Shown piece by piece: positions 23,529 through 35,360 of a stretch of DNA of 64,000 nt. Source of the DNA: Podospora anserina. Taxonomy: Eukaryota. The stretch spans positions 5,456,001 to 5,520,000 of the forward strand of contig CM030332.1 of NCBI GenBank assembly GCA_017654855.1, written 5' to 3'. The notes beneath the pieces are model-generated. The model was not told the DNA's origin. It was given only the letters and a program-made list of their open reading frames with translations, and did not search any database. A program made the position numbers and the translations under genes. Position 1 is the first letter of the stretch; every line of letters starts with the position of its first letter.

Positions 23529-24410
23529 TTTGTGTTCATCCCACCGAGGATGGGGAGTGACTTCATTTTGGGCCCATTGGGGTGTCAATATGAGCAGGAG
23601 TGAAGAACGCAAAAGGGTTGAACGCGGTTGACCCTCGAGCGAGCCTCTTGATAGCCGGTGTATTTGCATATACCAGGGTGAGATTCACCACCAGCTTCCT
23701 CGAGTAGTACCTATTCAGACCAAGGTGAGGTCAGCTCAGGGGGTGAAGACCAGATCTCGAGGGTCCCTGTCGCACTTCTTTACAGTTCACCCTAGAGTAC
23801 AAAGACCCTTTGGTACTCCCCACCGTGACCGCAGTTCCGGATATCAAAGCGAGCCCAGTCTTGCATCGCTGCAAGCCATGTACCAGTCATCCGAGATCTC
23901 ACCACCAAGGTCCGCAACCAGATAGCCTCACTTATACAAGATGTAAATAGGCATTTATCTTCACTAAAATATCATGCCTTAGACCAAGCAGAAGTGGTTG
24001 ATGAATACCAGCCCAGCTTAGCTTTTCGATGTTTAGAATCCTCCATCTCAACACCAAAGCCAACCCCTGTCTCTCCCAACCCAATTCCCCAGAGATGTTT
24101 CTTCAATTACATCTCCAGACTCGACAACAATGATACTAAAACAGACCTCCCTTCTCCCGTCGGTCCCCCAGACCGCTTCCCACTCCAAACCCGTCTCCCT
24201 TCCAGCCCCCCCCTTGGGCTCTCTCGTCTTGGGGCCCTCCTGTCGCTGCCTAGCTTGTCAGCCTACACACTCTTTACAAAACATCACCGATTCAGGTCAC
24301 TCTCTTTACCACCCGTCTCGACCCCAATGGCCACCATTAAAATCCCTTGTTTTTAATTTTCTTCATTCGACTAATTACCCCTCACTCATTCAATCCGGTC
24401 GTCCCCCAAA

Positions 24411-25339
24411 ATGGTCCCCCTATCATTTGCCCTTCGAGCAGCTCTGCTCACCCTCTCCACCATCGCCCTTCCCACCCTCTCCCTCCCAGCCCCCATTGCC
24501 CAACGAGACGTAGCCCTCCATCGCTCCTCCCTAGACAGCACCTGGGACGACACCGACAGCTGGGAACCCCACGCAGGATGGTTCTCCTACAACGAAGACG
24601 AAGACGATGACGACGATGAAGGGAACGAGTGGTGGGAAGTAAACAGCTGGGAGGAGGAGGAGGAGGACGACGACGACAGCTACGATTACAGCTGCGAGTA
24701 TGATGATGAAGACTACGACTGCGAAGAATACCCCGACTACGACGAGGACTGGGACGAAGACGAAAACGACGAGGGGTGTGAATGGGACGAGAACGACGAA
24801 AGCGACTGGGAAAGTGACGACGATAACGACGACGATCCCACCTGGGAGGATTACTCCCTCACTAATCTAGTAATCCAGTGCGTTCCCCCGTGTTCCCGCC
24901 ACCCCCTACCCATCCATGTTTGACATAATTGTCTCCCCCAGCTCCCCCCATCAAACCCTCCACTCCGGAATCGGCACAGTCTACACCCAAGACGGCCGCG
25001 TCGGCTCCTGCGGCACCTCCCACGACGACTCCGCCTTCGTCGTCGCCCTCGGAAACGACTGGATGCACCACCGGTACCAGGCCTCCGAGTGCGGCCGCCA
25101 GATCCAGGTCACCAACAAGGGGTCGCGTCACCACGTCGGCGGCGAGGGTAACACCATCACCGTCACCGTCCAGGACACCTGCGCCAGCTGCGACGCCGGC
25201 CACGTCGACTTTAGCCATGCCGCGTGGGACGCGCTGACAGACGGAAGCCCGCCCGGGCAGGTTGATCTTGAGTGGTGAGTAATTTTGCTCTCGGTGATGG
25301 AATGAGGCATGCTGACAGGAATTTAGGACTTGGCTGTAA
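24411..25339 (+). CDS. Secreted RlpA-like double-psi beta-barrel (expansin/loosenin-like) protein with acidic N-terminal tract
   Basis: Signal peptide; D/E-rich region; C-terminal GTVYT..GSCG..VVAL..CGRQI..VQDTCASC..HVDFS..AW..L. Introns near 24878-24940 and 25275-25326; ends WTWL*. Confidence 0.88.
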
Positions 25340-25808
25340 GAGTAAATGTAGAACATAAAAAAGAGGAGGACTGTGCTTACTGTTATGGATTTTGTATAAA
25401 CGCATATGAGCCTGAACATAGAGTAGATTCTGTGCTTGCCGCTGTTATTTGTTCCAAGGACGTTAAAAAGCACTGCATTTACATTCCTGTCGACCATCAA
25501 AATCACCAAAAGAAAAGGCAAGCGCTTCTATTCCATTTGATGCCTGTCGTCTATCAATGACCATAACCTCCCCCTCTTTGTCCATGTGTATAACCCAGTG
25601 CCCTTCACCAACGATGTAACCATGAAAAAAAACATCCTCTTCCCCAACGCCAATAACTCCTAAAAGAAAATGCAAGCGTCAACCATCCCGTCAAAGACTT
25701 GTCAAAAAAAAAGGGTATCTCGCTCTATCCACCCATCAATATCCTCCGCTGTATGCCACTGGCCCCCAATCGAATCTACCACAGTGAGTCAAAAGAATAA
25801 AAAAGACA

Positions 25809-26054
25809 TCACTGCCAATCCAAACTCCCCGCCTGCCACCCCATCTTCTCATTCCTCCTCGAGGCCGTCTCCCTGCTCTCCTCCTTAGCCATGCTGGCCT
25901 TGATAATCATGCACTGCTGGCACCGCTGCGCCTTGTTCGACTTGCCCGTCCGCCCGACGTCCACCGCGCCGCAGTACTTGTGTGTGATCTCGTCGTCCCA
26001 GTTCTGCGGCTTTTGCCCCGCCACCTTGGCCTTGGAGTCGTAGGATTTGCCCAT
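25809..26054 (-). CDS. Small hypothetical protein (81 aa)
   Basis: CAAAATGG start context, strongly C/G-ending codons, CxxC; CRE palindrome TGACGTCA at 26493-26500 upstream. Confidence 0.55.
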   Translation of the reverse strand: MGKSYDSKAKVAGQKPQNWDDEITHKYCGAVDVGRTGKSNKAQRCQQCMIIKASMAKEESRETASRRNEKMGWQAGSLDWQ

Positions 26055-26764
26055 TTTGTTCTGTTTCGATCCCGCGGAAAGAGGGAGGGAAGGGGTTCTT
26101 TGTTGAGATAGGGGTTGCTATGGTGGTGGCCCCAGTAAGGAAGGCGGGTTTGGGGCTCGCTGGGCTGTTGGGGAAAGGATGATATTCGAGGAAGTCGCAG
26201 GTAGAACGATGACGATGTTTTCTTCCAGTCCACCGAGGTATGTAAATAGTCTGTGTGAGATCGTGTAGGTGTTGCTGTGAAAGCGTGGTGTTGTCGAGGA
26301 AAGGTTGTCAAAAGAAGGTCTGAATAAACAGGTGACGGCTGATAAATATAGAACCAGAAAGAGCAAAAAAATCCTTCCTTTTTTGTGCGCCCGCTCGGTG
26401 TGTGCGCCTGCCAATCTGCCCAAAAGAGCCGAGTTGTGTCTGTGTGGTTGCTCCCGGTGTGGTGTGACAAAGGCGAGCACCTGCCACGTTTATGACGTCA
26501 TGCTGCTCCAAGGAAGGCACTTTCAGGGTCCGGGCCAAGCAATTCGGGGTTAGGGGTAGAGGTGACTCGATTCGCCACTGCCTGTTTCTCGGTGTCGCCG
26601 TTCGGCATGTCATGAGGCTTCAGTCCACCTGACCCTTTGAGTGTGGGATGGCAGCAGGTAACAGAAATGGTTTGACATGAACAATGGCCAAAACACGACT
26701 GTAGTAGACAGTCTACTAAGCAGACTGTAGAAGACTAAAAAATATGCAAAAGTGAAGGTGAATT

Positions 26765-26855
26765 GGGGCCACCCGGGGATTGAACCCGGGACCTCTCGCA
26801 AGCAATGCTTTAGGGTGTACCCTAAGCGAGAATCATACCACTAGACCAGCGGCCC
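26765..26855 (-). tRNA. tRNA-Pro(AGG) with ~19-nt intron
   Basis: GGGCCGC TG GTCTAGTGGTATGAT T CTCGC TT AGG G [intron] T GCGAG AGGTC CCGGG TTCAATC CCCGG GTGGCCC C; all stems pair. Confidence 0.95.
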
Positions 26856-27369
26856 TTTCTAATGCGATGACGCTTATCCCCAGAAACTCGTGTTATGTGG
26901 CTAGAAAGAGTTTGCAACCTGTGTAACCATCTATTGGAATGCCGTGTTAGGGGAGTACTCTGAGGGATATGGAGGAAGCATGATGAAGATATAGTAGCGT
27001 CGTTTGATGAAATTCTGGCATTTGAAGAAAATGTACCTAGCATGTTAATGCAACGGTGGTTCTCCGAGAAGTAAGTCAAGATGGTTCAAGATAACAACGC
27101 GAAAAGTCAGGCTTCTGTTCACCTTCATTTTACAACGTGCACCAAGAGATTGACAACCATCACATAGCAAACTTGAACGTTGAAATGTCATCAGCCAAGT
27201 CGTATCCATTGAGAAATATTCACAAAACCCAAACTACCACTCCCAACCTCACCCCCAACTCCCATACCGATTGAAATTCACCAAAAAGCTTCTTCCTATC
27301 AACCTCCCCATTCCCTCCCCAAATTCTTGTACACTGGTAGTCCACAGAACCACCTACCCTTCAAACCCC

Positions 27370-28243
27370 TTAGGCACGACCACTAAGACGCTGAAGGGCG
27401 TCAAGCAAAGCCCGGCAAGTAGTCCCGGCACCGCAGGCGCCACCGGCAGCTCCAGTTCCAGCACCAGCCTCAGCTCCAACGCCCGCACCAGCACCGCCAG
27501 CAGCAGCGTTACCAGGAACAAAGATGCCCCACTCGCCAACCAAGCTATCAACAGTAAGAGTAAGCTCATTCTCCTCGAGCTCAAACTCCAACTCGCCGAC
27601 ACCAGCACCAATGACGAATCCATTGGCCTCGGGGCAGAAGCGACCAATCTGACCAGCGCTGATATCAAGCGTGTTGTCAGCAGTAAGAATGTAATCAATC
27701 TTCTGCAGCGTCAGCCCATCAGTGCCGCCACCAGCGATGGCGACCTTGTACGAGACTGGCTCGAGGGCCTTGAAGCCGGGGGGAGGCGCGGCAGGGGACT
27801 TGTTCTCGGTTACGATCATGGATCTGCCTTCTTGATTTTGGAATTCGACCTCGAAGACGCCGTTGGTCTGGGAGTTGTTAGTTTTGGTCCTGATAGGGTC
27901 GTCATTCGGGGGAAAGGGGGATGCTTACGCCAGCAGGGAAGAGAGTATCGGTTTTGATGTTGCCACCGCCTAGTTCGACCGCCTCGCCGAACTGGGCCTC
28001 TTGCTCAACCTCGTTCTCTTCGCCTTCACCACCGCCGGCGGCGGGAGGTGGGGTAGCAGGGACAGCTGTGGCTGTTGGGGCGGCGGTGGCAGAGGCGATG
28101 GCGGAGGAAGAGACACGGGAAGCATTTCTTCCACGACGGTCAGCCGCGGAAACACCACCGTGGTTTCCACCGTTGTGAGGGGCCGGGAGGGCAGAGGCGG
28201 AGAGGGCCAGGATGGCGGAGAAGAGAGCGCAGGACAGCTTCAT
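27370..28243 (-). CDS. Secreted protein of unknown function (2 exons)
   Basis: Signal peptide MKLSCALFSAILALSASA; intron GTAAGC..CTAAC..CAG (~27928-27868); globular region ..QKIDYI..GELEFE..E..LT....VGEWG. Confidence 0.85.
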
Positions 28244-30794
28244 CTTGGAGGCTTTGTTGGGTGTGTGTTGTCTTGTTGTTTATGGAAAAGAAAGAAGACG
28301 TCAAGGAATGTGATCGTAGTTGCGAAGCTCGTAAGTTTTAATGAATGAATGGACCAGCCAACCAAGAAATGAAGTTGTGAGGAAAAAGAGGGAAGAAAGA
28401 AGGTCGGGTTGGGGAATGGAACAACTGCTGGTGAGGCTGATGATGAAAGGAATGTCCAAATGAAAGCCCGGTATCATGGTGGCCATATAGGCGTACTTAT
28501 ATTGATCCTCCCTCATGACCGAACAAGTTCCTATCGGGAAAATCTCATTAAGAGCTAAGCTGATCGAAACATCGCCAAGGGATTGACCAGATGACTTCAC
28601 TGGGGAGTGGTGGTTTGGCCTGCTGTCAACTGGGTTGTAGGGGCCAGTCGTGCAAGTTCAACCGAAGAAAGGGGCGGCCGCACTGCCCGGAGGCCCGCGA
28701 ATGCGGAAAGATGCCTGTTGGGAAAAGGGCCAAGACTCGCTCTATATGAGCAATGGACGTTTGGCGTAGCATAGAGGCACTGGAAAACGAATAAGCTTTG
28801 TCACCACTCCACATGACAGAGGTCTTGAGATGAGGCTGCCACGGTGTAATTCGCTGGTGCTGCCAAAAGGCAGCATGTTTAGGCTCGACTTGCCTTGGAT
28901 GATGTTGCCGACCAGGGGTCGAGCTGGGGTCAACTCCACAGATCTGATACCAAGGGCGATCCACCCACACCTTTCCTCGGCGTTTTACATTGGCGCTCCT
29001 GGGCACTCCTTGGCTTTCTGAGACTCTGGTGCGGAAGAGACCCCTATCTGGGAGCGGTCAGTCAAATGAGAGTGGTGGTGGGAGAGCTTCAGTGTTCATC
29101 TGATCCGTCCGAGTTAAATTCAGCATAAGCGCCGTCTCCCTTTAAACGTGCTGCACACCCGACGTACGGGAACGCAAAGCCAAAAAAAGACCCATCGGCA
29201 TCTATTGCTCAAGGAAAAGAGGTCAGAATGAAGCAGTTACCCTGTATTAGTGGCAATGCCCCCGGAAACGCCATACATGGCCTGATAACTGTCCAGATTA
29301 GCTAATAATGCCAATAATGCTTCGAGTACACAGCCCCATCGGTTTGAGATCACACCGGTTGATGTGGGCATCTTGGGAGGCGAGAGTGGGCGAATTGGCA
29401 TTACCAATGATGGCTCATATATTATCGCCATGAGATGATAATTTATGGACTGGGGGATAGTACGGGGTCGTTGACCAGTCCAACTGGCTTCGAGGCGCAA
29501 GGGAGCATGGGAATATCCGATGTGGCCTGTGCTTTGAGGGCCAAGAGTCGGAGAAAAGGCAAGCTTTGCCAAGGCTCGGCTCGACTTTCCCCAGCGGTCT
29601 GGGCCCGACAGGCGCTGGCCCAGTGGAGATGCTGTTTTCTTGTCTCGACTTGGCTTTTGGTTGAAGTCTTGGAGACCAGCCAAGGACATGTTTTGCGGAT
29701 TGTGATTCTTGGAAACAGCAAGTCGAACAAGATCAAACGGGTGTTGGTCTCCGTGTGTTCATAGGAAACCGCGGGGCCAAAGCTGCAAAACAGCTAGGTA
29801 CCTAGCGTAAGGTGTCTGCTCTGGGAGAGTGAGAATAGCTTCATCCGATAAGGCGCAGCCGATAGAAAATAAAACGGGACAGAAAGTTCGGGTGTCTGTG
29901 TGGTCGTAGACGTCGTGATAGGACAGGAATGATAGGAAGTCGTCGACGAGGGAAACGGCAAGAACGGCAATGGGTCGCGTGTGCTTCATCAACGAACATT
30001 GTCCTCCTGCCGATTGGGATCTGGCAGTGTTACGCCACACTAGCGCAGGGCCCTGGGCTGGAGCTGGGCCAATCGGAGGTGGCTTGTTCACAGGGGTCCC
30101 ACAAGCCGACGTTTTGACTTCTTCCCCTTTCTCCACCTCCATCCGGCTGCACAAGCCGATCACTGTCTGATCGACCTGCTGCTTTTTGGCACGCAATGGC
30201 AGCCAACCTCGCAAAAGGACGCTCCAGTTCTCTCACAACTGCGGCTGGCTTGGCAATGCTGCCGTCTCACCATGCACCCCCGTCTGATACACCTTCGAGA
30301 GGGGTCATCGCTGCAACTTGCGTCTCTGGCTGAGGCAGAGGATTGGTGAACATGAGAGCCTGTGCGTTGAGAACTTCCGGATTCGGTTCCTTCTTCGTGG
30401 CCCCTTGAACTCGAACTGTATCAGCCGCGCCGAGATACCCGATTATCAGTGGTGGGTGGACTGCCCAGGGGTGAGTGTTTGGTGTTTTGAGTGCTCTCCA
30501 AGGTGATGGAGGACGCCTTATTACCTTTGCTGGGCGCCACTCGTTTCGTGAGAATTTCCCTTCTCTGCTTCCTTTCCGTCTCTTTCACTTTCCTCTTCTC
30601 ACTTTTTGAAAGGGCAGCTGGTCTGCAATTGTGGCTAGCTGGTGACTGTCCCTCTTTAGATTTCCTTCTTTTGACTTTCCTTCATTGACTGTATTCATAT
30701 TTCAACGACCCTCCTCATCGGACAGGAACCGACGACGCTGGATCGTGGACGACAGTGCTGGTATATTTCACAACGACAGCAACAAAACGGCAAG

Positions 30795-32176
30795 ATGAGG
30801 GTTACAGGACCAGGTGATCGCAGGAGGAACCATGCGTGGCTGGAAATGAGGAGGCGTGAGAGGCGTTGGACTCGACGACAAATCGAGGAGGAGGAAGACA
30901 CCTCGGACTCGGATGGCGAAACTTCTGGGGACGACTCTGGAGACGATTCATCTGATGGCGAGGATGATGTACCGACGGTGCCCACACCAAGACCTCTCCT
31001 TCCCGTTCCCACGGTAGGGGCTGGCGCTGGGGTTAGTCTACTGCCCGTTCCCGGTACCCCCGCTCCCGTCCCTGGTGGGACATTGGGTGCCGATGAGGGC
31101 GGCGTCGATGATGGTCTGACTTCAGAGTCTGATGGCATCGACTCTGGCGACGATGATTCGCCGGATGAGGACGAAGAGGAGGAAAATGCTGTCCCCCCAC
31201 CTCCCGTCGACGGTTCTTCGTCCACATCGACATCCTCCGTTGATGGCCCTGCTCCTACCGGAAGCAGCTCATCCAGCTCGCTTACGGCATCTGCGACCAT
31301 CACCTCTTCCAGCACGAGTACTCAGTCTTCTAGCACCGTTACCGAGTCTGCTTCGGCACCCAGCACACCGACCATTGACGACGTTTTGATATCGGTAACC
31401 GCGGAGCCAACCTCTTTGCCACCTTTGGCACTACCCGAAGTCTCCCCAACACCCGGGGCAACTGGCGGTGCTACAGTTGACCAGGAACAGCTCGGGGCAT
31501 CGCCAAGCAGGATGAACGCAGGTGCGGCAGCAGGCATCATTATTGGCACGCTTGGTAGGTTCTCTGACATTTCACTTCGGTAACTAGCATCTAACCTTAG
31601 CACTCAGCCATCATTGGATGCTTGATCGGCGCGGCTTTCTTCTGGCGCAAATGGAGGCGTGATCGCGGACAACCCTTCATGCCCGCCATTGTCCTGCCAT
31701 GGAAGAAAGATAAAGACGGCTACGACTCGGATGCTGCTCTAGCACCCCCTAAAATCAACGAGAAAACCAACACGGCCATCATGGATGATCTCATGAAGGC
31801 GGCATATCAAGCCGAGAACGGGAATGACATGGAATATTACGGAGGGTACCCACCCGACAAGAGGGAGCTCCACCCCAACATGATCGACGAAAAGGCCTAT
31901 GTTGCCCTGGCTGGGCATCTCACCCCAAGGACCCCAAAGAAGCCCGTGTCGACCTGGCTGGGCGGTATCGTGACACCCCGACAGTCTCAGGGCCCCGCGT
32001 TCCCCCCTAGTCCCATGTATTCCGAAGCTGAAAGACGCGAGAATGAGAGACGACAAGTTGGGTCTACGATTCCCGGAACGATGGCTGTGCCCAAGCTGCA
32101 GCCCCCGCCTCCGGCCAAGGCAAGGACGACCATGACTACGGATACAACCAACACGAGTGTGAGGTGGTACGGTTAG
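30795..32176 (+). CDS. Single-pass membrane protein with acidic and Ser/Thr/Pro-rich region (Mid2/Skg6-like architecture)
   Basis: TM AGAAAGIIIGTL|AIIGCLIGAAFFW followed by RKWRR; intron ~31555-31607. True start uncertain because no signal peptide is visible. Confidence 0.75.
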
Positions 32177-32593
32177 AAGTGAAGGCTTCGAGTACTGCAG
32201 GTATGATAGTGTAGCCCGGCGTTGGCGGCAGGTGGAACAGCACGGCGTTGAAAGAAGCCCGCGTGTGAGGTGTCCTTGTTCTTTTGATCCTTGGTGTTTG
32301 CGGTTGTATATAATACTGTCTATTTGTAGATCTATACCTCAAGTCCACATAGATTATCTTCATTTACCTAGTCCAGTCATGCACATTAAGTTGCGGTCGT
32401 GGTTGCGGTGAAGACCGACTTTCTCCTTCAAGTGAGTTCCCCGCATCCCCGCCTTTTTTGAGCTGGTACGTCATTGACAGTTTCGCACTCCAATCTTCCC
32501 CAAAACTTACCAGCGCAGCTTTCATCTCATCTTTCACATCTCATCCCTCTCAGCCACTCACACGCTTACTCGCGACCACAAAACGTAGTGGAA

Positions 32594-33445
32594 ATGGCTC
32601 CCCAACAAGTCGACACAACCATCTCCCCCTCCGCTACAGGCCCGGCTCTCGCCCTCGCGAAACAGCACTCGGCTGACCACCCTCTAAAACTCTACGCGGG
32701 CTGGTTCTGCCCCTTTGTCCAACGAGCCTGGATCACTCTCCAAGAAAAGGAGATCGACTACCGATACATCGAGATCAACCCTTACCACAAATCCCCCGAG
32801 TTCCTCGCCCTCAACCCCCGCGGTCTCATCCCCACGCTTGTCCTACCTCCCGGTGAAGAGGGGAAACAGCGGGTGCTGTACGAAAGCGTGATTGTTTGCG
32901 AGTATTTGGACGAACAGTACAACTCTGGGACGAAGCTCCTGCCATGGGACCCCTACGAGAGGGCGAGGGCGAGGTTGTGGGTGAATTTTGTGGAGAAGAA
33001 ATTGGTGGCGGGGTGGTATAGGTTTATGCAGCATACGCCTGATAAGCCTTATAGTCTTGAGGGGGTGAGGAAGGAGTTTTTGGAGAATTTGAAGACTTTT
33101 GTGAGGGAGATGGATGAGGAGGGGGAGGGGTGGTTTAGTGAAGGGGGTTTTGGGTTGGTGGATGTGAGCTTTTTGCCTTGGGCGGGGAGGTTGTGGTTGA
33201 TTGATCATTATAAGGAGGGCGGGGTGGGCATTCCGAAGAGGGAGGAGCGGGAGGGGTTGGAGGAGGGAGAGAGGAAGGTTTGGGAGAGGTGGGAGAGGTG
33301 GTATGAGGCTGTTATGGGGAGGGAAACGGTCAGGGGGACTTGGAGCGAGAGAGAGGAGTATATTGGGGTGTATAAGAGGTATGCGGAGGATCAGACGGGG
33401 AGTGAGGTTGGGAAGGCTACGAGGGAGGGGAGGGCGTTGCCTTAG
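32594..33445 (+). CDS. Glutathione S-transferase (Cys-GST, omega-like)
   Basis: WFCPFVQRAW active site, LNPRGLIPTL, LYES, helical C-domain with LVD..FLPW. Confidence 0.92.
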   Translation: MAPQQVDTTISPSATGPALALAKQHSADHPLKLYAGWFCPFVQRAWITLQEKEIDYRYIEINPYHKSPEFLALNPRGLIPTLVLPPGEEGKQRVLYESVIVCEYLDEQYNSGTKLLPWDPYERARARLWVNFVEKKLVAGWYRFMQHTPDKPYSLEGVRKEFLENLKTFVREMDEEGEGWFSEGGFGLVDVSFLPWAGRLWLIDHYKEGGVGIPKREEREGLEEGERKVWERWERWYEAVMGRETVRGTWSEREEYIGVYKRYAEDQTGSEVGKATREGRALP

Positions 33446-34100
33446 AGAGTTCAAATTATTTGGCCAATCTTGATTTTCAAATTGGCTTCACTGCTTCATA
33501 GCTGTCTTACGTTGTCTTGAGGAACCACTGAAAATCGTTGAGAATGAGATGATGGAGCGCAAAGCACCATAACCCTAACCCTCAAGATGCTGTCTGCCCC
33601 ACAACGGCTATCTCCAATCTTTTACGAGATAAGCACTCACCTCACCTCGGTGATGATGTAACCCGGCGAGCCACCAAAGGATCGTCTGGTGAAGGCAGCC
33701 ATTTTCATCAACCCAGCCCCTTTTATGATCCTTGCGCCTTCTTTGACGCCCGCTGCATATACTGTCTCAAGTCCTCGCGTCATATATACTCACTCACCCT
33801 CTTTCACCAAACATAACTCTCCCCCTTCCCATCACTTTCCCCTCATTCGTCCGGCGCCATCACCGCCGCCACTCATCGCCCAAAATAGGCCGCCACTCAC
33901 ATCAGAACCGGCCTCGCGCCACAAACAACCACAGCACCAAAGGGCCACGTTTCGACGACGACGACGACGACGATTTCGACCACTTTGACGATTCTTACGC
34001 CGGGTCTAACGATTTCTCAGTCCAAGGCAAGTCGGCCTATCATCAACCAAAACCCAAAAAGAAGAAAAAGAAAGGCGGCGGCGGGAGAAACAAAGGCAAA

Positions 34101-35360
34101 ATGGGCCAGGACCACTCCGTCATCGACGAGGACACCCCTCCCAAAACCTTGTCGTCTCGCTCCCTGGCCTCGGTGGCAGAATACATCCTCTCCGGCCGGG
34201 CAAAGCGCATAGTCGTCATGACGGGCGCGGGCATCTCCACCGCCGCCGGGATCCCCGATTTCCGCTCCCCCGACACGGGTCTCTACGCGAACCTTGCCTC
34301 GCTCGACCTGCCTGAGCCGGAGGCGGTGTTTGATCTGGGGTTTTTCAAGGTTAACCCTAGGCCGTTTTATGTCTTGGCCAAGGAGCTGTACCCGGGGAAT
34401 TACCACCCGACGGTGTCGCATGTTTTTGTTAGGCTGCTCGCGGAGAAGGGGCTGTTGCATCAGTTGTTTACTCAGAATATTGACTGTTTGGAGAGGGAGG
34501 CGGGGATTCCGGCGGAGAAGATTATTGAGGCGCATGGGAGTTTTGCGAGTCAGAGGTGTATTGAGTGCAAGACTGAGTTTGATGCTGGCAAGATGAGGGA
34601 GTTTGTTTCACAGGGGGAGGTGCCGAGGTGTGAGGATGGGGGGTGTAAGGGGTTGGTGAAGCCGGATATTGTCTTTTTTGGGGAGCAGCTTCCAAAGGCG
34701 TTTTTTGACAGGAGGGACATGGCGGAGGAGGCGGATTTGGTGCTGGTTATGGGGACTAGTTTGCAGGTTCATCCTTTTGCGGGCTTGGTGGATTTGGCGG
34801 CGGAGAGGGTGCCGAGGGTGTTGTTTAATCTGGAGAGGGTGGGGAGTATGGGGTGTCAGGCAGATGATGTGTTGGCTTTGGGTGATTGTGATGAGGGGGT
34901 GAGGAGGTTGGCGGATGAGCTCGGGTGGAGGGAGGAACTGGAGGAGAAGTGGAGGGGGTTGGTTGGGGAGGGGGAGGCGGAGAGGCAGCTGCAGGGGGCA
35001 AAGAAACGGGTTGAGGCTTTGCATGATGAGGTCGCCAAGTTGGCGGAGGAGGTGGATGAGGTGTTGCATTTGGGGGAGAAGAAGGAGAAGGAAAAGGAAG
35101 GCAGTCATGTGGAGGCTTTGAATCCTGAGAACAAGCCGGATGGTGAGGGAAAGGTGGTTAATGAGGTTGATCCTGTGGCCGAGGATGCAGCGGCAATCAA
35201 GAGCTCGGTGAAGAACACTGATATCACGAAGACGGTGGAAGTCTCGGTGGAAACGACGAACGCTTTGAAGCCAGTGGACATGCCGGACGGGGAGGGTAGG
35301 ATAGTTAGTGAGCAGAAGGCGGGCGGCCAGCAACCGGGGGACACTAAGAGCTCTGCTTAG
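34101..35360 (+). CDS. hst2: NAD-dependent deacetylase, class I sirtuin (Hst2/SIRT2 type)
   Basis: GAGISTAAGIPDFRSPDTGLY, FTQNIDCLE, EAHGSF, CxxC..Cx4C, KPDIVFFGE, GTSLQVHPFA. Confidence 0.93.
   Translation: MGQDHSVIDEDTPPKTLSSRSLASVAEYILSGRAKRIVVMTGAGISTAAGIPDFRSPDTGLYANLASLDLPEPEAVFDLGFFKVNPRPFYVLAKELYPGNYHPTVSHVFVRLLAEKGLLHQLFTQNIDCLEREAGIPAEKIIEAHGSFASQRCIECKTEFDAGKMREFVSQGEVPRCEDGGCKGLVKPDIVFFGEQLPKAFFDRRDMAEEADLVLVMGTSLQVHPFAGLVDLAAERVPRVLFNLERVGSMGCQADDVLALGDCDEGVRRLADELGWREELEEKWRGLVGEGEAERQLQGAKKRVEALHDEVAKLAEEVDEVLHLGEKKEKEKEGSHVEALNPENKPDGEGKVVNEVDPVAEDAAAIKSSVKNTDITKTVEVSVETTNALKPVDMPDGEGRIVSEQKAGGQQPGDTKSSA

Noticed and set aside
33570-33582. Telomere-like TAACCCTAACCCT (similar GGGTTAGGG near 51817 and 55057)
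   Set aside because: At most two units; may be promoter motifs, but not interstitial telomeres.
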